The position numbers and the translations under genes are program-made. Positions 59,831-64,000 of a stretch of 64,000 nt of DNA are shown here, piece by piece. Source of the DNA: a bacterium (GTDB lineage: Bacteria > Margulisbacteria > WOR-1 > O2-12-FULL-45-9 > XYB2-FULL-48-7); assembly GCA_043812655.1 (NCBI GenBank), contig JBDRLW010000003.1:1-64000 (forward strand), in the 5' to 3' direction. The notes beneath the pieces are model-generated. The model saw only the letters and a list, made by a program, of their open reading frames with translations, did no database searches and was not told the DNA's origin. Numbering within the stretch: the first letter of the stretch is position 1; each line of letters starts with the position of its first letter.

Positions 59831-59859
59831 AGTATAGCAAAATAATTAAAGCTTGACAA
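59831..59859 (-). promoter_or_regulatory. Promoter of the tRNA-Leu cluster
   Basis: TTGTCA, 17-bp spacer, TATACT with extended TG. Confidence 0.65.
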
Positions 59860-59882
59860 TAAACTATCTTATAATGTATTAT
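59853..59882 (+). promoter_or_regulatory. Divergent promoter for rho, overlapping the tRNA -35
   Basis: TTGACA, 18-bp spacer, TATTAT. Confidence 0.5.
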
Positions 59883-59974
59883 AAAGATGTCCCAATAAAC
59901 GACCACATTTTACAATTTTTTCTTAATGACAACAAAATTAACAATTTCTCAATCAAACAAAAACAAGTTTATCT

Positions 59975-60040
59975 AACCTGCGACTAAAAGTCGCGGTTTC
60001 GTTTATCCAAATGGAACCGAGGCTTTCAGCCTCAGGTTCC
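59975..60040. repeat. REP-like inverted doublet, reverse-oriented copy of 58137-58202
   Basis: AACCTGCGACTAAAAGTCGCGGTT plus GGAACCGAGGCTTTCAGCCTCAGGTTCC. Confidence 0.85.
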
Positions 60041-60066
60041 AAAACAAATCACTCGAGGAGGAAGAA

Positions 60067-61311
60067 ATGGATATTGTAGAGTTAGAAGGTAAGACCCTGC
60101 CCCAATTATACGAGGTCGCCAAAGGTTTGAACATTGCCAACCTGCGGCAATTAAAAAAGCACGACCTGGTTTTTAAGATCCTCGAAGCCCAGACCGAAAA
60201 GAACGGCCACATTTTCACCAAAGGGATCCTAGAGATCCTGCCCGAAAATTATGGTTTCTTGCGGACCGGCGGCTATCTCCCCAGCCGGGAAGACGTTTAT
60301 GTTTCGCAAACCCAGATCCGCCGCTTTGATATGCAAAACGGTGATTTTGTCACCGGCCAGGTCCGGCCGCCTAAAGAGGGCGAAAAATATTATAGTTTGC
60401 TGAAGATCGAAGCGATCAACGGCGAAAATCCGGAAGGGGCGAGACAGCGCATACCATTTGACAGCTTAACACCAATTTTCCCCAACCGCCGCTTTGGTTT
60501 GGAATTTCCCGGTTGCCCCATGGCTTGCCGGTTGATTGACATGGTCGCGCCGATCGGCGCCGGCCAAAGAGCAATGATCGTCTCGCCGCCAAAGGCCGGT
60601 AAAACCACGGTCTTGAAAAATATCGCTAACTCGATCACTGAAAATTTCCCTGAAACCCTGATCAAAGTCTTACTGGTTGATGAACGGCCGGAAGAAGTGA
60701 CCGATATGCAAAGGTCAGTTAAAGGCGAAGTCGTTGCTTCAACTTTTGATGAGCCGCCGGAGGACCACATTAGGATCGCCGAATTATTACTGGAAGCTTG
60801 CAAACGCTTAGTTGAAGCAGGCAAAGATGTCGTAATCCTCCTTGATTCGATCACCCGCTTAGCTCGGGCTTACAATTTAGTTACCCCACCCTCCGGCCGG
60901 ACGCTGTCCGGCGGTCTTGACCCGACTTGTCTCCACCGGCCAAAGCGCTTCTTCGGCGGCGCGCGGAATATTGAAGAAGGCGGCAGTTTAACGATCATCG
61001 CTACTGCTCTAGTTGAAACCGGCTCCAGGATGGACGATATTATTTATGAAGAGTTCAAAGGAACAGGTAATATGGAACTCCACCTCAACCGTAAGCTGGC
61101 TGACCGGAGAATTTTCCCAGCGATCGACGTGCGGCTCTCCGGCACCAGGCGCGAAGAGCTCCTAATGGACGATAAGGAACTGAAAAAGATGTGGCTCTTG
61201 CGCAAAGTGATGGACAATTACGAGGCGGTTGAAGCGACCGAACAATTAATTGAACGGCTCAAAACCTTTAAGACTAATAAGCAGTTCTTTGATTCGGCTG
61301 ATGTAAAGTAA
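60067..61311 (+). CDS. rho: Transcription termination factor Rho
   Basis: [30 protein letters not shown] and EEFKGTGN. Confidence 0.98.
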   Translation: MDIVELEGKTLPQLYEVAKGLNIANLRQLKKHDLVFKILEAQTEKNGHIFTKGILEILPENYGFLRTGGYLPSREDVYVSQTQIRRFDMQNGDFVTGQVRPPKEGEKYYSLLKIEAINGENPEGARQRIPFDSLTPIFPNRRFGLEFPGCPMACRLIDMVAPIGAGQRAMIVSPPKAGKTTVLKNIANSITENFPETLIKVLLVDERPEEVTDMQRSVKGEVVASTFDEPPEDHIRIAELLLEACKRLVEAGKDVVILLDSITRLARAYNLVTPPSGRTLSGGLDPTCLHRPKRFFGGARNIEEGGSLTIIATALVETGSRMDDIIYEEFKGTGNMELHLNRKLADRRIFPAIDVRLSGTRREELLMDDKELKKMWLLRKVMDNYEAVEATEQLIERLKTFKTNKQFFDSADVK

Positions 61312-62173
61312 TTTGATTTAACTTTCCAAATTGAAACAATTCAACTTGCGAAGCAGGTTTTTCAGTACCATTTTCATCTTGTATAACAAATAATTGGCTT
61401 TCTGGATATGGCACTTTCCCCCAGGCGAATTGGAGCTTTTGGAAATAGGCAACTCCTTTATTTCTTAACAATTCCTTTTCTCCCCTTGATTTGAACGCAT
61501 TATTATTTAATAACCTATAAATAAAACTATAAGCATAAGCAGAGGCGAAAAATTCGGTCGTAAATTTAGACGTCTGTCTTCCAACTTGTTCGACAATTTT
61601 TAAATACCCAAGCTGACAAATTAATGCTACGGCTAAGTTGATCGCCTCAATTTTTTCAGTATTTTTAAAACTGCTGCGCAACAAGATAGCTTTGGTTGGT
61701 TTTCTCCTTTCACGGGAAGGATCAATCGCCCCATTCTTTTCCAGGCAATATTTAATGTTCTGTATTACCGTTCCGGAAATTGGCAGAAACCCTTGACGAT
61801 TCTCCATTGCTTCCCCCAAATAGGTTGAAAAACCAACGTAGCGGCAATAGGATTTCAAATCCATCCGATAAAACACTTCCGCCTTTTCAACAATATCTAA
61901 TATTTCTTTGGGCAAATTCCCTGCGCGTAAAATCAGGACGGTATCACCAATACTCTGTTCAGCAGGCCGCATAGCTTGCCTTAATTCAGAAAAACTCAAG
62001 CCGTGTTTCCTTTGCGCTGGGGAAAGCCTAACTATCCGAAAATCCAGTGTCCTTTCCACTAATGAAATGTCTCTTCCTTGCCCGGGCAGTCTCTCAATTT
62101 GAATTTGCGATGCTTGAACAGCCCCGTTTTTCCCCCAACGTATTCTACCTTTGCCGCTTATTCTTGTATTCAT
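61274..62173 (-). CDS. Hypothetical protein
   Basis: 299-aa ORF 1 bp downstream of the EI-like ORF; overlaps the rho 3' end by 38 bp; no motif. Confidence 0.6.
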   Translation of the reverse strand: MNTRISGKGRIRWGKNGAVQASQIQIERLPGQGRDISLVERTLDFRIVRLSPAQRKHGLSFSELRQAMRPAEQSIGDTVLILRAGNLPKEILDIVEKAEVFYRMDLKSYCRYVGFSTYLGEAMENRQGFLPISGTVIQNIKYCLEKNGAIDPSRERRKPTKAILLRSSFKNTEKIEAINLAVALICQLGYLKIVEQVGRQTSKFTTEFFASAYAYSFIYRLLNNNAFKSRGEKELLRNKGVAYFQKLQFAWGKVPYPESQLFVIQDENGTEKPASQVELFQFGKLNQITLHQPNQRTAY

Positions 62174-62174
62174 A

Positions 62175-63998
62175 TTATTTTATTCCCTCGATCATGCTAA
62201 TGCTTTTGGCTTTTTTCCTTACGTTTAAATAACTCACCGGCCTTGGTGACTTAACTAATTCTCCAATAACGGTCCTGGTATCATAATGCTTGCTTTTTTG
62301 AGCTAAGCGAACTAATAACTTTCTAACTTCCATCGCATTTTTTTGATCCAATAAAGCTTCAATTAATGGCTTTTTTAATTTCCGCTCAAATTTTTTCCAT
62401 TCCCCATAATGAAAATATGATAACAAATACTTTATCTGGTTTTGCCAGGCAGGATTCATGCTCAACGAATCTATCCCCATTAAAGTTAATACTAACGCTC
62501 CTAATGGGTCTCTAGCCATTTCCCCGCAAAAACCAATTCTACCTTTATGCCTTTCTTGATATAACTTTGTTAATAACCCATGAGCTGCTAATTTTTCTTT
62601 TTCCGAAACTTTACTAGCCGATAAAAAGGCCGTAAAATCAGCTTCAGGCTCTTTCATGATTATATAAGCATCTCTAGTTACCTTTAACAAATATCCATGT
62701 TTCTGCAGCTCATTTTTCAGCGGTTCAGACCAGCTGGCAATTTCTTCCACCTTTATGGAACCCTTAACGCCTTTAATCGCCTCAAATATATACCCTAATA
62801 CTTTTGGTGACAGCCAATCATATTCCATTCCGGTCATTAGTTTTGCTCGATCATCAATCTCTAATACCGCGGCAGTTAGATCATTGCCCCCAATAGAAAA
62901 CACCTGGCATTTTTGGGCGATCGCTTCAATATTTTCTACTGCTTCTGGCGTCTCAACCATAGCGCCAAGCTGAATGAATTGGCTGACACGTCGCTGATCA
63001 ATAGTGTAATCGGTAATTAAATCAGTCTCATATTTTTTTACTAAATGTGCGACTTGCTCAACCTGTTCAGGGGTCCGGATCATTGGGATAATAACAGAAA
63101 CCTTTTTCCCTGCTAAACCATCTTCATCTGGATAATATTTCAGACGATCACAAGCAATCAATAGATCCCTGATCTGATCCCTTAAAATGGCTTTCCCTTT
63201 GTCAACTTGTAGCAAAAAATCAACCCCTCTTTTCCCTTGCGTAAAATCATCAAAAGTGCTTTCCGCTTTTGGATACTTATCCTTATCCACGTCAAAAAAG
63301 CGAAAAACAATATCTGTCGTTGCTTCAATAGCATTAATAAATTGTCTTATTAAAGACGGATTTGTTGGTCTCCCCAGCGTATAATGATCTTCCGTGCGAT
63401 AAAGACCAACTTCTTGAGTCTGCGCCCCCTCACTCCCCATATTTTCCATGATCTTTGGCAACGGTAAACGTTGATCATCTCCAGATAACCCTGTCCAGTG
63501 TGTGTCTGCATACTTCTTTGCTTGAGCCATCGCATCACCGATCTCTTTATTCATTAAACTAATATTGCGATCATCAACATTCACCACAACTTGTCCTGTA
63601 TGGGGGTTCATTATTACTTTTACTTCCGGATCTATGTGCGCAAATACTTTTTTGGCTTCTGACATCAAAACTACAGGAATCCCGCGATTAAATGCCAATA
63701 AATATGGATGGCTTGCCAAACCCATAAATTGATGGTCAAAAATAAAGCCTCTCGCCCCAAGATGAACATGAGATTGAATCTCTCCCCAAGCAAGATAATC
63801 AGCTACTAAATAATAACCTGTTTGCTGTATGGGACAATTAACGCCATCAATATGCGCCAATAATCGGGGCAAATACAACTCTGCGTCCTTGTATTGCTCC
63901 TGTTGCCGCATGTGTATTGGGACTTGGCTATTAAATATAATCCTTAACTCTTTTAACTTCCTATATATTGAAGCTCGATCATTAGGTTCTACCAGTTT
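62175..63998 (-). CDS. Divergent PEP-utilising / PTS enzyme I-like protein, 5'-partial
   Basis: ASH phospho-His motif, VGLYRTE, R.FD...DK, IPMI, MVETP, FSIGGNDLT and CGEMA.DP; frame is open to the window end. Confidence 0.8.
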   Translation of the reverse strand, partial: KLVEPNDRASIYRKLKELRIIFNSQVPIHMRQQEQYKDAELYLPRLLAHIDGVNCPIQQTGYYLVADYLAWGEIQSHVHLGARGFIFDHQFMGLASHPYLLAFNRGIPVVLMSEAKKVFAHIDPEVKVIMNPHTGQVVVNVDDRNISLMNKEIGDAMAQAKKYADTHWTGLSGDDQRLPLPKIMENMGSEGAQTQEVGLYRTEDHYTLGRPTNPSLIRQFINAIEATTDIVFRFFDVDKDKYPKAESTFDDFTQGKRGVDFLLQVDKGKAILRDQIRDLLIACDRLKYYPDEDGLAGKKVSVIIPMIRTPEQVEQVAHLVKKYETDLITDYTIDQRRVSQFIQLGAMVETPEAVENIEAIAQKCQVFSIGGNDLTAAVLEIDDRAKLMTGMEYDWLSPKVLGYIFEAIKGVKGSIKVEEIASWSEPLKNELQKHGYLLKVTRDAYIIMKEPEADFTAFLSASKVSEKEKLAAHGLLTKLYQERHKGRIGFCGEMARDPLGALVLTLMGIDSLSMNPAWQNQIKYLLSYFHYGEWKKFERKLKKPLIEALLDQKNAMEVRKLLVRLAQKSKHYDTRTVIGELVKSPRPVSYLNVRKKAKSISMIEGIK

Positions 63999-64000
63999 TT

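Noticed and set aside
59338..59859. Short ORFs over the tRNA region
   Set aside because: Translations of tRNA and hairpin repeats

Overview
The window is bacterial chromosome; Candidatus Saganbacteria/Margulisbacteria (WOR-1-like) is my inference from gene style only and is not verified. Positions 671-45664 (minus strand) hold a ~45 kb tightly packed surface-polysaccharide locus ending in queE. It encodes a pseudaminic-acid-type pathway with two NeuB paralogs, an ACP/FabH/GNAT acylation module, a split-transketolase branched-sugar module, a KdsB/aldolase module, gmd-fcl, wzx/wzy, WecA- and PglF-like genes. It is headed by an apparently leaderless HTH gene with a perfect sigma70 promoter. Positions 45.7-51.7 kb are accessory: Wzz/SLBB export genes, a four-helix-bundle (Avd-like) gene between inverted 8-mer arrays, two AbiEii-type TA pairs, lhgO and a DUF559 endonuclease inside palindromic inverted repeats. 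Positions 51.7-64 kb hold carAB, ispE, rpsT, accD, accA, two tRNA-Leu genes, rho, an orphan and a divergent PTS enzyme I-like ORF. The most unusual signal is a set of tiny hairpin and short tandem repeat elements. They sit in-frame in housekeeping genes (queE, carA, ispE, ends of carA/carB), nest inside each other, and interrupt duplicated tRNA-Leu fragments at an identical tRNA position. Protein calls come from motif recognition by eye; no database searches were run.
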